From an uncultured Candidatus Entotheonella sp. (GTDB lineage: Bacteria; Tectomicrobia; Entotheonellia; Entotheonellales; Entotheonellaceae): a stretch of 64,000 bases of DNA. The position numbers were made by a program, and so were the translations under genes. The stretch covers positions 1,600,001 to 1,664,000 of the forward strand of contig OZ244252.1 in assembly GCA_965217185.1 (NCBI GenBank), written 5' to 3'. Of this stretch, positions 41,901-51,630 are shown piece by piece (the stretch's first letter is position 1; each line of letters begins with the position of its first letter). The notes below the pieces were generated by a model. That model had not been told where the DNA came from. It did no database searches and saw only the letters and a list, made by a program, of their open reading frames with translations.

Positions 41901-44349
41901 GGCGGACCTCACCCATGCCGAGCTCGGCCAGCAGTCCGGCCACAAGGTGGACGGCTCGCTGTCCGAGCCCGAGCCGGTGGAGCCGGTGGAGCCGCCAGAG
42001 GTGACGCTGCATCTGAGCGACGCGGACGGTGAGGTCGGCGAGGACGCGGGCGCCGTCACGGTAACGGCGACGGTGTCGCCGGCCTCGGCGACCGCCTTCA
42101 CGGTAACGGTATCGGCGAGGCCGGTGGCCCCGGCGACGGACGACGACTTCGAGCTGAGCACGAACCGGGCGCTGAGCTTCGCCGCGAACGCGACCGCGAG
42201 CAGCGGGACGGTGACGATCGCGCCGGTCGACGACGGCGACCCCGAGTCGAACCAGGTGGTGACGGTGTCCGGCTCGGCGTCCATCGAGGGCGTGACGGGC
42301 CCCGACGACGTGACCCTGACCATTCTCGACAACGACCTGGTCCGCATCGCTGGCATCTGCAACCGCACGCCGCGCGTCCGCGACCGCATCCTGGAGCTGC
42401 TGATGTACCGGCACAGCTTCCAGGGCCGCTGCGGCGACGTGAACGAGACGCATCTGGCGCAGCTGGTGTCGCTCGACCTGGGCCGCAACCCGAGCACGGA
42501 GTCGGCGTTCAGGATGAGCCTGCGGAGCTACGACTTCGAGGGACTGGTGAACCTCGAGCGGCTGTACCTGAGGGACACCGGGCTTCGCTCGCTGCCGGCC
42601 GGGGTATTCTCCGGGCTGGCGGCGCTGGTAACGCTGGAGCTGGACAGCAACCAGCTTCGCTCGCTACCGGCCGGGGTGTTCTCTGACCTGCAATCTCTGG
42701 AGACACTGGAACTACACAGGAACCCGCAGTTGAGCTCGCTGCCCTACGACGAGTTCGAGGCGCTGCCGAATCTGACGAAGCTGCTGGTGGACCCGGAGGG
42801 CCGCAGAGGGTACCAGATGGCGGGCGGCGAGGGCGACGTGACCTTGGAGGTCGCGGCGGGGGGCCGGACGACGTATCAGGTGCGCCTGACGCACACGCCG
42901 GCCTACGTCGGGACGGCAAGCCTGCCGACGTTGACGGTGAGTTCGGACACGACCGGGGTGACCGCGACCCCGGCGACGCTGCGGTTCACCAAGGAGAACT
43001 GGTTCCGGCGCCAGACGGTGACGGTGAACGCCCCGGCATCGGCGGCCGGCGAGACGGCGACGCTGAGCCACACGTCCACCGGGGTGACGTATGACCGGCC
43101 GATCCCGACGGTGACGGTGCGGGTGCTGGGGAGCGCCCCCGGCCGCACGGCCGATCCGCTGACGGCGGCGTTCGAGGGGGTGCCGGCGCGGCACGACGGG
43201 GAGACCGCGTTCAGCTTCCGCATCGCGTTCAGCGAGGCGGTCGCGGTGACGCCGGAGGCCATGCGCACGCACGTCCTGACGGTGGAAGGCGGCGCGGTGA
43301 CCGGCGCGGCCCGCGTCGACGGGGACACCGGCGTGTGGGCGATCACGGTCACGCCGGCCACCCGCGAGGAGCTGTCGATCGCTCTGGCCCCGGCGGCGGA
43401 TTGCGCGGCGGACGGCGCGGTCTGCACATCGGACGGTCGAGCCCTGTCGAACGGGACGGCGGCCATCGTGATCGGCCCGGGTCCCGAGACCCAGACGCAG
43501 CCGGACCTGACGGCGGCGTTCGAGGGGGTGCCGGCGGCGCATGACGGCGAGGCCGCGCCGGCGGCGCTGACGGCGAGTTTCGTGCAGGCGCCGGCGGAGC
43601 ATGGCGGGAAGACGGCGTTCAAACTCAGGATCGCGTTCAGCGAGGACATCTCGATCAGCTACCGGACGTTCCGCGACCAGTCGTTTTCCGTGTCCGGCGG
43701 GAGCGTGACCAGGGCGAAGCGGGTGGACCGGCGCAGGGACCTGTGGAAGGTGACGGTCAAGCCGGGTTCGCTTGGCGACGTGACGGTGACGCTCGCCGGG
43801 GGCCGCGCCTGCGGCACGCCGGGGGCGGTGTGCACCGGCGACGGGCGGGCGCTGTCGGCGACGATGTCGACGACGGTGCTGGGTCCGGCGACCGCGCGGC
43901 GCCTCACCGGTACCGCAGACGACGACACGCTGAGCGGGCAAGCGGGTGATGACGTGCTGCTCGGCAACGGCGGCGACGACACCCTGTACGGCGGGGGCGG
44001 CGGCGACACCCTGTACGGCGGCGACGACGACGACACGCTCTACGGCGGCGGCGGCAACGACGTGCTCTACGGCGACAGCGGCGCGGACAGCCTGACGGGC
44101 GGTACGGGCGCCGATACGTTCGTGTTCACCGCCGGTGACGGCACCGACACGATCACCGACTTCTTCCCCGAGGAGGGCGACCGCATCGACCTGAGCGCCT
44201 TCGCGGGCCTTAAGGGTTTCGCGTCGCTGAAGCTGACGGCGGACGGCAGCGCGACGATCCTGGACTTGCGCGCCTATGGCGGCGGCACGGTGCGGCTGGA
44301 GGGCATCGCGGTGGCGGACCTGTTGGCGGCGGACTTTCTGTGGCCGTAG
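38926..44349 (+). CDS. Giant modular surface/secreted protein: signal peptide, 2x(cadherin+FN3), Ig-like repeats, Calx-beta-like, LRR, RTX C-terminus
   Basis: ALPATTQAQ signal; NAPVF..PENS..YEA..DVDE cadherin; SLDVSW..Y..Y..GL..Y.V.V.A.N FN3; LRSLPAGVF LRRs; GGxGxDxLY repeats; DTITDF..GDRIDLS. Confidence 0.9.
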   Translation: MRTLAAVALLALVGGLALPATTQAQAPGVLVSNMGQASGGRGNNINDTWLAAQGFSVPSGGGNYTLTSIEILVSQDISSTNIGSLSVSVWSADSSGRPDSSLHTLTNPASVTADVAASFTAPASATLEAGNTYVVLVDYDLTGNRNWLSTNANSEDATSTAGWTIANTGLYRSRTATSWTVPLFAFFLQVNGTASNNAPVFADATATREVPENSAADTAVGAPVTADDADTGDTLEYSLGGTDASSFEIDSDTGQIKTVSSGTYNYEAAQNSYSATVTASDGTDTDSIVVTINLTDVDEQPDKPDKPTVTAVSGSSTSLDVSWTEPGLNGGPAITGYELRYETRASPTDQWTPVGDWPHTGTTTTTTITGLTATTEYQVQVTALNGEIQSAYSDPSDVVSTNAGSNAPVFADATATREVPENSAADTAVGAPVTADDADGDTLEYTLGGTDASSFDIDSGTGQIKTVSSGTYNYEAAQNSYSVTVTASDGTDNDSIVVTINLTDVDEQPDKPAKPTVTAVSGSSTSLDVSWTEPGLNGGPEITGYEVRYRSRPSAPDAWSRSVDWPHTGTTTTTTITGLTANTEHQVQVAALNGEIPSAYSNNSDVVSTNAETLTAPTITEVAVTSTPQATSDTYGAGETIEVTVTFDQTVNATTGTDFVLSVAGRKRAPLSSGSGTTTLVFGYTVQTGDSDDDGIWIGDQDRTLVGNRNGDPQNGTITSVDTATAADLTHSALGVLSGHKVDGSSGTPPPTTCTLSTGDLWCGVVTVGTYSNGVGFTDSEGALTDNTGDQTITIGSANYMISSVVILASPAGALVMGLDTRFPTDDETTLVFHIGSSTFEVSEATFDTGVGGYIWQDSGLSWSVDDTVDLRLRRATAPTIDAPTIDDVAVTSTPAATDTYGAGETIEVTVTFSEAVTATTGTDFVLSVGGAKRAPLLRGSGTATLVFGYTVLAADADDNGIWIGDQDRTLVGNRNGDPQNGTITSVDTGTAADLTHAELGQQSGHKVDGSLSEPEPVEPVEPPEVTLHLSDADGEVGEDAGAVTVTATVSPASATAFTVTVSARPVAPATDDDFELSTNRALSFAANATASSGTVTIAPVDDGDPESNQVVTVSGSASIEGVTGPDDVTLTILDNDLVRIAGICNRTPRVRDRILELLMYRHSFQGRCGDVNETHLAQLVSLDLGRNPSTESAFRMSLRSYDFEGLVNLERLYLRDTGLRSLPAGVFSGLAALVTLELDSNQLRSLPAGVFSDLQSLETLELHRNPQLSSLPYDEFEALPNLTKLLVDPEGRRGYQMAGGEGDVTLEVAAGGRTTYQVRLTHTPAYVGTASLPTLTVSSDTTGVTATPATLRFTKENWFRRQTVTVNAPASAAGETATLSHTSTGVTYDRPIPTVTVRVLGSAPGRTADPLTAAFEGVPARHDGETAFSFRIAFSEAVAVTPEAMRTHVLTVEGGAVTGAARVDGDTGVWAITVTPATREELSIALAPAADCAADGAVCTSDGRALSNGTAAIVIGPGPETQTQPDLTAAFEGVPAAHDGEAAPAALTASFVQAPAEHGGKTAFKLRIAFSEDISISYRTFRDQSFSVSGGSVTRAKRVDRRRDLWKVTVKPGSLGDVTVTLAGGRACGTPGAVCTGDGRALSATMSTTVLGPATARRLTGTADDDTLSGQAGDDVLLGNGGDDTLYGGGGGDTLYGGDDDDTLYGGGGNDVLYGDSGADSLTGGTGADTFVFTAGDGTDTITDFFPEEGDRIDLSAFAGLKGFASLKLTADGSATILDLRAYGGGTVRLEGIAVADLLAADFLWP
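39514..40758 (+). repeat. Tandem duplication of about 625 bp (cadherin+FN3 unit)
   Basis: 39514-40134 and 40141-40758 are nearly identical. Confidence 0.9.
40771..41955 (+). repeat. Dispersed intragenic duplication of about 385 bp
   Basis: 40771-41157 and 41572-41955 (APTI..DTYGAGETIEV..GHKVDGS). Confidence 0.85.
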
Positions 44350-44364
44350 GGCGTTGCTCCGGTG

Positions 44365-44413
44365 CCGGCGCACGGCCTGCCCCCGTTCAAGCCGGGGGCA
44401 GGCCGTGCGCCGG
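44365..44413. repeat. Perfect 21-bp inverted repeat after the surface-protein gene
   Basis: CCGGCGCACGGCCTGCCCCCG-TTCAAGC-CGGGGGCAGGCCGTGCGCCGG. Confidence 0.85.
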
Positions 44414-44466
44414 AATGACCGCTTGGGGCGTTGGACGGTGCGGCACAGGTGCTCTGCGCGTCGCAA

Positions 44467-44500
44467 CGTCGGGTTACGCCTGCGGCTAACCCGACCTACA
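44467..44500. repeat. REP-like GTAG hairpin
   Basis: CGTCGGGTTACGCCTGCGGCTAACCCGACCTAC. Confidence 0.75.
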
Positions 44501-45139
44501 TCTTGGCAACTTGTCAGCCCATCTTGAGGCGTCTGTTCCAACAGTTGCCGCCCAGAACGCCATCGTCCGCAGGCATAGGTCCCGCCTGCACGTCAAGCCC
44601 GGCATCCATCGGCAGCCAGCGGATTCCCGCCCCCGATCGGAGCCAAGGGCAGGCTCCGCGCGGCAATGACCCTTTGGGGCACGCCACGCCAATTCTCCAA
44701 AGCCGCGTAACATCAGTTAAGACCTTGACAAAGAAACGATTGATTCGTCACCACTGCATTCAGGAAAGGAGCGTTTCTCAGTTATGACTCGCCGACTCCT
44801 TGCGGCGGCGGTGTCTTGCCACCGCGACCCCCCAACGCCCCCACCTTGCCGCGCATAATGCTCCCGACAACCCCGAAAATATCTTTTTGCGATAAGATGC
44901 GCTCAAGTAAACGTTGTCGAGATCGGGAGGTCATCACCTCATGAGCAACGAAACGTCACACCGCGCCTCGGGGGCAGACTGCACGGAAACTGCTCTAAAT
45001 CCGGCCGCATGGGAGTACGACGGGGCGTTGCCGCCATGGAACGGCTGCGGCACGGATGCATGAATTCGCGGCCAGCAACTATTCCCGGCATATCCTGGCC
45101 GTCGAAGTCGGGGAAGCAACAGAAGGGGGAAAACACACT

Positions 45140-46120
45140 ATGGATGCGACGGCGCTGCACCGAGACGCGGTCGTTTTCGACGGGCTGATCGTGGCCAACT
45201 GGAGCCGCGAGGTGTTCGAAGACATGCGCCGCGGCGGCTTGACGGCGGCGAACTGCACGTGCTGTATATGGGAAGGCTTCGCCGACACGATGAAGAACGT
45301 CGCCCGTTGGAACGCCTGGTTCCGGGAGCACGACGACGTCATCCTCAAGGTTCGCACCCCTGCCGACATTGGCCGGGCGAAGGCCGAGGGCAAGACCGGA
45401 ATCGTCCTCGGATTCCAGAACGTCTCCGCCTTCGAGGACCAGCTCGGCTACATCCAGCACTTCAAGGACGTCGGCGTTGGCGTCGCCCAGTTGGCCTACA
45501 ACACGCAGAACCTCATCGCCACCGGGTGCTATGAATCAGAGGACCGGGGGCTGAGCGACTTTGGGCGCGAAGTCGTGGCGGAGATGAATCGGGTGGGCAT
45601 TTTGTGCGACCTGAGCCACGTCGGCTCGAAATCATCCAGAGACACGATCCTCGCGTCGGACAAACCCGTCGCCTACACCCATTGCCTGCCGTCGGGGCTC
45701 AAGGAGCACCCGCGCAACAAGTCGGACGACGAGTTCCGGTTCATCGCCGATCACGGCGGCTTCATCGGCGTCACGATGTTCCCCCCGTTCCTGAGGCGTG
45801 GCATCGAGTCCACGGTGGACGACTACGTGCAGGCCATCGATTACGTGGTCAACGTCGCGGGCGAGGACAGCGTCGGCATCGGCACCGACTTCACCCAGGG
45901 CTACGGGCGGGAATTCTTTCACTGGATCACCCACGACAAGGGCTACGCCCGGCGGCTCACGGAGTTCGGCGAGATCGTCAACCCGGAAGGCATCCGGACC
46001 ATCGGCGAGCTCCCGAACCTGACCGCCGCGATGGTTCGGCAGGGTTGGCCGGAGGCGCGAATCCGGAAAATCATGGGCGAAAACTGGCTGGCACTGCTCG
46101 CCCGGGTGTGGGGCGCGTAG
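45140..46120 (+). CDS. Membrane dipeptidase family (M19) protein
   Basis: GLSDFGREVV.EMNRVG..DLSH, HPRNKSD, VGIGTDF, IMGENWL. Confidence 0.9.
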   Translation: MDATALHRDAVVFDGLIVANWSREVFEDMRRGGLTAANCTCCIWEGFADTMKNVARWNAWFREHDDVILKVRTPADIGRAKAEGKTGIVLGFQNVSAFEDQLGYIQHFKDVGVGVAQLAYNTQNLIATGCYESEDRGLSDFGREVVAEMNRVGILCDLSHVGSKSSRDTILASDKPVAYTHCLPSGLKEHPRNKSDDEFRFIADHGGFIGVTMFPPFLRRGIESTVDDYVQAIDYVVNVAGEDSVGIGTDFTQGYGREFFHWITHDKGYARRLTEFGEIVNPEGIRTIGELPNLTAAMVRQGWPEARIRKIMGENWLALLARVWGA

Positions 46121-46315
46121 GCCGCAAGGCCGCACCGGAAGTCTCCGGCAAGGAGCGGTCTCTCCGCTCTGGAAATATGTTCTGAGAAGGAATCTAATTC
46201 ACAGGACAGTGTTATGCTGGTTATTTCAACGACGGATGGGGCGGAACCCTTCCAGTTCCAACTGTTCCCTGTGTGGATTTGATCACGCCCTCATTTGCAG
46301 AAAGGATTCCACGTC

Positions 46316-48367
46316 ATGTGCAAGGTACGGCTCACGCGGAAGCAGTACGGCGTCCTGGGTTGCCTCCTCATAACACTCGTTGCACTGGCACTTGGTGGCG
46401 GGGTGACGCGACAGGCATCGGCACAGGGCGGGGGTACGCTGATGGGCCGGCTGGAGGGGCCGCGGGTCATCACGGACCGGGAGCAGTTTCCCAAACGGTT
46501 TCACGAGGCGCCGGCTCTGGCGGACCTGGTGCAGCAAGGCGAGCTGCCGCCGGTGCAGGAACGCATCGGTTCAGATCCCCTGGTGATCGAACCGGTGCGG
46601 GAGATCGGCAACTACGGCGGTATCTGGCGGCGCGGTTTCAGTGGACCCGCCGACTTCTGGAACGGTTACCGTTGTTGTGGGCACGACAAGATCCTGTTTT
46701 GGGACTATACCGGGAATATCGTGGTGCCGAATGTCGCCAAAGGGTGGGAGATCTCGGAGGGCGGACGTGTCTTCACCATCTTTCTGCGCCGTGGCATGAG
46801 GTGGTCTGACGGCCGTCCTTTCACGGCGGACGACTTCATGTTCTGGTACGAAGATATCTACGGAAACGACGAGCTGGTTCCGACGAAAACACCCATTCTG
46901 GCCATTGATGACAAACCGGGCAGGATGGAGAAGGTAGACGATAGCACCATCCGGTTTGTCTTCCCCCAGCCCTACTACGTCTTCCTCGATATGCTGGCAG
47001 GTGCGACGGCGCTTGGCGGCCACAGCTACCAGGGACGCAGCCTCATGGGCGGCTTTGCTCCCAAACATTATCTGCAGCAGTTTCACCCCAGGTACGTCGG
47101 GCAGGAAGCGGTTGACCAATTGGTCAAAGCCGCCGGGTACGATAACTGGGCCAGTTTCATGAGATTCATCAATGATTGGTCCCTCAACCCGGACTTACCG
47201 ACCGTGACCGCCTGGCAGACCACCCGTCCGATCAACACCCCTACTTGGGTGCTCAAACGCAACCCCTATTTCTACATGGTGGACACCGCCGGTAACCAGC
47301 TTCCCTATATCGACAAGGTGGTCCTGTCGCTGGCAGAGAATCTCGAAGTCCTCAACCTGCGCGCCATGGCCGGCGAGTATGATTACCAGTCCCGGCATAT
47401 CGACATCAGTAAGCTGCCGGTCTTTCTGGATAATCAGCAGCGCGGCGATTATACCGTCTCCCTCGATCCGGCAGACAGTGGCTGCGACGCCTGTCTCTTC
47501 TTCAACCAGACCTATGATGCAGACCCGGAAATCGCCACTTGGCTGCAAAACCGTGACTTTCGTATTGCCTTGTCTCATGGGATTGAACGCGAGCAGTTGA
47601 ACGAGGCCTTCTGGCTGGGTCTCGGCACCTCCGGGTCACAAGTGCTGGCCGAATCGTCGCCGTATAATCCAGGGCCGGAGTACCGTACGATGCACTCGAC
47701 GTACGATCCGCAGCGGGCCAATCAGATGCTGGATGCCTTGGGACTGACTCGCAAGGACAGCCAGGGCTACCGCCTGCGGACGGATGGCAAGGGCCGCTTG
47801 CGCCTTGAAATGACCACTGTCGGGGGCCAGTTTTTGCAGTTCACGCAAATTTCGGAAATGATTCGGGAGCAATGGGGCAAAATCGGCATTCAGGCAGACG
47901 TCAATGAAATCGAACGGAGTCTGGCGATTACACGCGTGGGCGCCAATGAGCTTCAGATCCACCTGTGGCAGAACGACGGTACCGAACACCCCTTTACCTT
48001 CCCGGCGCATCTCTTTCCATTCACCCCCAGCGGCCTCGGCGGTTCCAACATCGGGCCCCTGTGGAGTCGCTGGTTCCGCACCAATGGGGTGCAAGGCCGA
48101 GAGCCTTCCGCCCCCATGAAAAAACTTATCGCGCTTTGGAAACAGGGATTTACAGTCCCTGATGCGCAGCGCGTCGAGATCGGCAAAGAAATTTGGCGTC
48201 TGGCTGTCGAGCAGCAATGGGCCCTCGGCACGGTCGGCCTCTCCCCGGCCGGCATGGGGGTGCGAATCGTCAGCAACCGCATGGGCAATTCTCCGGGTCG
48301 GCAATACAACAGCCCGGACGGCATGACGCCGGCGCCGTCGCGCCCCGAAACCTTTTTCTTCAAGTAG
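46316..48367 (+). CDS. ABC substrate-binding protein, family 5
   Basis: Signal peptide; GELPPV.ER, LR.GM.WSDG.PFTADD, RNPYF..VD..GNQLPYID. Confidence 0.9.
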   Translation: MCKVRLTRKQYGVLGCLLITLVALALGGGVTRQASAQGGGTLMGRLEGPRVITDREQFPKRFHEAPALADLVQQGELPPVQERIGSDPLVIEPVREIGNYGGIWRRGFSGPADFWNGYRCCGHDKILFWDYTGNIVVPNVAKGWEISEGGRVFTIFLRRGMRWSDGRPFTADDFMFWYEDIYGNDELVPTKTPILAIDDKPGRMEKVDDSTIRFVFPQPYYVFLDMLAGATALGGHSYQGRSLMGGFAPKHYLQQFHPRYVGQEAVDQLVKAAGYDNWASFMRFINDWSLNPDLPTVTAWQTTRPINTPTWVLKRNPYFYMVDTAGNQLPYIDKVVLSLAENLEVLNLRAMAGEYDYQSRHIDISKLPVFLDNQQRGDYTVSLDPADSGCDACLFFNQTYDADPEIATWLQNRDFRIALSHGIEREQLNEAFWLGLGTSGSQVLAESSPYNPGPEYRTMHSTYDPQRANQMLDALGLTRKDSQGYRLRTDGKGRLRLEMTTVGGQFLQFTQISEMIREQWGKIGIQADVNEIERSLAITRVGANELQIHLWQNDGTEHPFTFPAHLFPFTPSGLGGSNIGPLWSRWFRTNGVQGREPSAPMKKLIALWKQGFTVPDAQRVEIGKEIWRLAVEQQWALGTVGLSPAGMGVRIVSNRMGNSPGRQYNSPDGMTPAPSRPETFFFK

Positions 48368-48378
48368 AGGCCCTTTCA

Positions 48379-49365
48379 ATGGCTGGTTACATCCTCCGCC
48401 GTTTGTTGGTTGCAATGGGCACGGTATGGGTGATCTCCGTGATCTCCTTCACCATTATTCAGCTGCCTCCAGGGGATTACGTCACGTCCTATATTGCCCA
48501 ATTGATGGCGACCGGAACGTTGGTGACGCAAGAGGAAGCTGAGAACCTGCGCATTCAGTACGGCCTGCACCAACCCATGTACGCCCAATACGCCAGATGG
48601 GTATGGCTCATGCTGCAGGGAAATTTTGGCGTGTCCATGGAATGGCAACGGCCGGTGCTGGAGGTGATCGGCGATCGTCTCCTGCTGACCGCTTTACTGG
48701 CCTTTGCGGCGGTCATTTTTACCTGGATCCTGGCCATCCCGATTGGCATCTACTCGGCGGTGCGGCAATACTCCATCGGGGATTACATTTTTACCTTCAT
48801 TGGCTTCATTGGCCTTGCGGTGCCGAGCTTCCTGCTGGCCTTGGTGGTGATGTACCTGACGTTTGCTTATTTCGGTGCCAGTATCGGTGGCCTGTTCTCG
48901 ACGGAATACCTCGACGCCCCATGGAGCCTGGCCCGTGTGTGGGATCTCTGCAAGCATTTGTGGGTTCCGGCGCTTATTCTTGGCACGGCCGGTACGGCCC
49001 AACTGGTGCGCATTCTGCGTGCCAATCTGCTGGACGAGTTGCGCAAACCCTATGTCGTGACGGCCCGCGCCAAAGGGCTTTCAGAGCTGAGAACGATCCT
49101 CAAGTACCCGGTACGGGTCGCCCTCAATCCGTTTATCAGCACGATTGGCTATACCCTGCCCTTTCTCGTCTCCGGCAGCATCATCGTCTCTATCGTGCTG
49201 AGTCTGCCGACTGTGGGGCCCCTGCTGCTCAAGGCCCTCATCGCCCAGGATATGTTTCTGGCTGGAACCATCGTCCTGTTGCTCGGGCTCATGACCGTCA
49301 TCGGCACTTTGATCTCCGACATTCTCCTGGTCTGGATCGATCCGCGCATTCGTTTGGAGGAGTAA
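48379..49365 (+). CDS. ABC transporter permease (OppB-like)
   Basis: IIQLPPGD, TARAKGL, SDILL..IDPRIR. Confidence 0.92.
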   Translation: MAGYILRRLLVAMGTVWVISVISFTIIQLPPGDYVTSYIAQLMATGTLVTQEEAENLRIQYGLHQPMYAQYARWVWLMLQGNFGVSMEWQRPVLEVIGDRLLLTALLAFAAVIFTWILAIPIGIYSAVRQYSIGDYIFTFIGFIGLAVPSFLLALVVMYLTFAYFGASIGGLFSTEYLDAPWSLARVWDLCKHLWVPALILGTAGTAQLVRILRANLLDELRKPYVVTARAKGLSELRTILKYPVRVALNPFISTIGYTLPFLVSGSIIVSIVLSLPTVGPLLLKALIAQDMFLAGTIVLLLGLMTVIGTLISDILLVWIDPRIRLEE

Positions 49366-49368
49366 CCG

Positions 49369-50523
49369 GTGGCCAAAAACGCCCTCGTACACAGCGTCGA
49401 AGAGCCCAGGGCGGCAGACGCGACAGACGCTGGTGAACGACTGTACGTGGCCTCGCAATGGCAGCTGATGTGGTGGCGATTTCGCAAACACCGCTTGGCC
49501 ATGGCGGCCGGGGCAGTCGTCGTGCTTTTCTATGTAATCGCCATTGGCGCCGATTTTGTGGCCACAACGGATCCCAATCTCTCCGATGCCCGGCGCTCGC
49601 TCATGCCGCCGCAACGTATCTACTGGTTCGAGGACTGGCGCTTCAGGCCGCATGTCTACGCGGTGACGGGCAAACGCGACCTCCGAACGTTCAAGCGTGT
49701 GTACACCACCGATCCGAGCAAAAAGATCCCGGTGCAGTTCTTCGCACGCGGTTTTTCATACACCTTCCTCGGTCTGTTCCCTACCGACCGTCATTTGCTG
49801 GGCGTCGGCGAGGGGTATGAAGCAGCCGAATCGCTGTTTATTCTCGGCACGGACGTGCAGGGACGCGACCTGTGGTCACGCCTCCTGTTTGCGACGCGTA
49901 TTTCCTTGTCCATTGGCCTCGTTGGCGTCGCGCTCAGCCTGTTTCTGGGGATCTTGCTTGGCGGTCTCTCTGGCTTTTACGGGGGCTTTGTGGACGGTCT
50001 CATCCAGCGCTTCATCGAGATCCTGCGCTCCATCCCGACCATCCCGCTGTGGATGGGTCTGGCTGCGGCGTTGCCACGCGACTGGTCCATCTTGCAGATT
50101 TACTTTGCCATTACCATCATCATCTCGCTGCTGGGCTGGACTGAACTGGCCCGCGTCGTGCGTGGACGTTTTCTGGCGCTGCGCGAGGAGGATTTTATTG
50201 TTTCTGCCCGCCTGGTTGGGTGCAGCCAGATGCGCATTATTTTCGTACACATGGTCCCGTCATTCCTGAGCCATATCATTGCCGCCACCACGCTCGCCCT
50301 ACCGGCCATGATTATCAGTGAGACCTCCTTAAGCTTTCTCGGATTGGGCTTGCGTCCCCCTGCCGTGAGTTGGGGTGTGTTGTTGCAGCAGGCCCAAAAC
50401 GTCCAGACGGTGGCGCTCTCCCCCTGGCTGATGCTGCCTGCCGTTCCGGTTATCATCGTGGTCCTGGCGTTCAACTTCCTCGGCGATGGGTTACGTGACG
50501 CCGCAGACCCGTACGGACAGTGA
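49369..50523 (+). CDS. ABC transporter permease (OppC-like)
   Basis: GTD.QGRDL.SR, ETSLSFLGLG, GDGLRDAADPY. Confidence 0.92.
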   Translation: MAKNALVHSVEEPRAADATDAGERLYVASQWQLMWWRFRKHRLAMAAGAVVVLFYVIAIGADFVATTDPNLSDARRSLMPPQRIYWFEDWRFRPHVYAVTGKRDLRTFKRVYTTDPSKKIPVQFFARGFSYTFLGLFPTDRHLLGVGEGYEAAESLFILGTDVQGRDLWSRLLFATRISLSIGLVGVALSLFLGILLGGLSGFYGGFVDGLIQRFIEILRSIPTIPLWMGLAAALPRDWSILQIYFAITIIISLLGWTELARVVRGRFLALREEDFIVSARLVGCSQMRIIFVHMVPSFLSHIIAATTLALPAMIISETSLSFLGLGLRPPAVSWGVLLQQAQNVQTVALSPWLMLPAVPVIIVVLAFNFLGDGLRDAADPYGQ

Positions 50524-50539
50524 AGGATGGGATAGTTTC

Positions 50540-51601
50540 ATGACGGATGATGCCAACACCCCTCTTGCCCTTCGTTCCTCTGGCCCTCCCCTTCTCTCCG
50601 TCCACAATCTACACACGTACTTCCCTCAGGAAGAAGGGACGGTCAAGGCCGTCGATGGCGTCAGCTTCGATCTCTACCCCGGCCGCACGCTCGGTATTGT
50701 GGGGGAAAGCGGCTGTGGAAAGAGCATGACGGCCAGGTCGATCTTGCGAATTGTTGACCGCCCCGGGCGTATTGTCGCCGGGGAGATCCGGTTTCGCCGC
50801 CGCAAAGTGTCGGCCACGTCGCCAGACGGCATGACCGACCTGACGCAACTCGATGCCAACAGCGATGACATGCGGGCGGTCCGCGGCGCCGAAATCGCCC
50901 TCGTCTTCCAAGAGCCGATGTCATCGTTCAGTCCCGTCCATACGATAGGCAATCAGATTGTCGAAGCCATCCTGTTGCACCAAAAGGTAAGCAAACGGCA
51001 GGCACGGGCACGCGCCATCGAGGTGTTCCGTGACGTTGGCATTCCCCTCCCAGAGCAGCGTCTCGACGCCTACGCGCATCAATTGAGCGGCGGCTTGCGT
51101 CAGCGCGCCATGATCGCCATGGCCCTGGTGTGCAACCCCAGCCTGCTGATCGCCGACGAGCCAACCACGGCGCTGGACGTCACAACCCAGGCGCAGATTC
51201 TGGATCTCTTGCGCCACCTGCAACAAGAATACGGTATGGCCATCATGCTCATTACCCATGACCTCGGGGTCATCGCTGAAATGGCGGATGACGTCGTGGT
51301 GATGTATCTCGGGCGCGTTGTCGAACACGCACCGGTGGACGAACTCTTCCACGCCCCCAAACATCCTTACACGCAAGCCCTGCTACGCTCGATTCCCCAT
51401 ATCCGCTCCCGCCCGCGTGAGCGCCTGGCATCTGTCGCCGGGTCCGTGCCGCATCCGTACAACCGCCCGACCGGGTGTCCGTTTCACCCACGCTGCGAGT
51501 CGTTCATGCCGGGTGTTTGTGACCAGCAGGCGCCAAGCCTGTTGCCAATCGGCGAGCAACATGACGTGAGTTGTGTGCTTTACCACGAGGAGCGCTCATA
51601 G
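50540..51601 (+). CDS. ABC transporter ATPase (OppD-like)
   Basis: [24 protein letters not shown]. Confidence 0.93.
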   Translation: MTDDANTPLALRSSGPPLLSVHNLHTYFPQEEGTVKAVDGVSFDLYPGRTLGIVGESGCGKSMTARSILRIVDRPGRIVAGEIRFRRRKVSATSPDGMTDLTQLDANSDDMRAVRGAEIALVFQEPMSSFSPVHTIGNQIVEAILLHQKVSKRQARARAIEVFRDVGIPLPEQRLDAYAHQLSGGLRQRAMIAMALVCNPSLLIADEPTTALDVTTQAQILDLLRHLQQEYGMAIMLITHDLGVIAEMADDVVVMYLGRVVEHAPVDELFHAPKHPYTQALLRSIPHIRSRPRERLASVAGSVPHPYNRPTGCPFHPRCESFMPGVCDQQAPSLLPIGEQHDVSCVLYHEERS

Positions 51602-51630
51602 TGCGTGTGCAGAACGTTGAGGAGGCGGAT

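Noticed and set aside
39514..41955. DGR template/variable repeat pair
   Set aside because: Both copies are in-frame coding domains, differences are not confined to adenines, and there is no RT in the window.
39411..44541. Long antisense and alternate-frame ORFs (569, 1003, 609 aa)
   Set aside because: Shadow ORFs of a high-GC gene; Arg/Gly-rich with no motifs.
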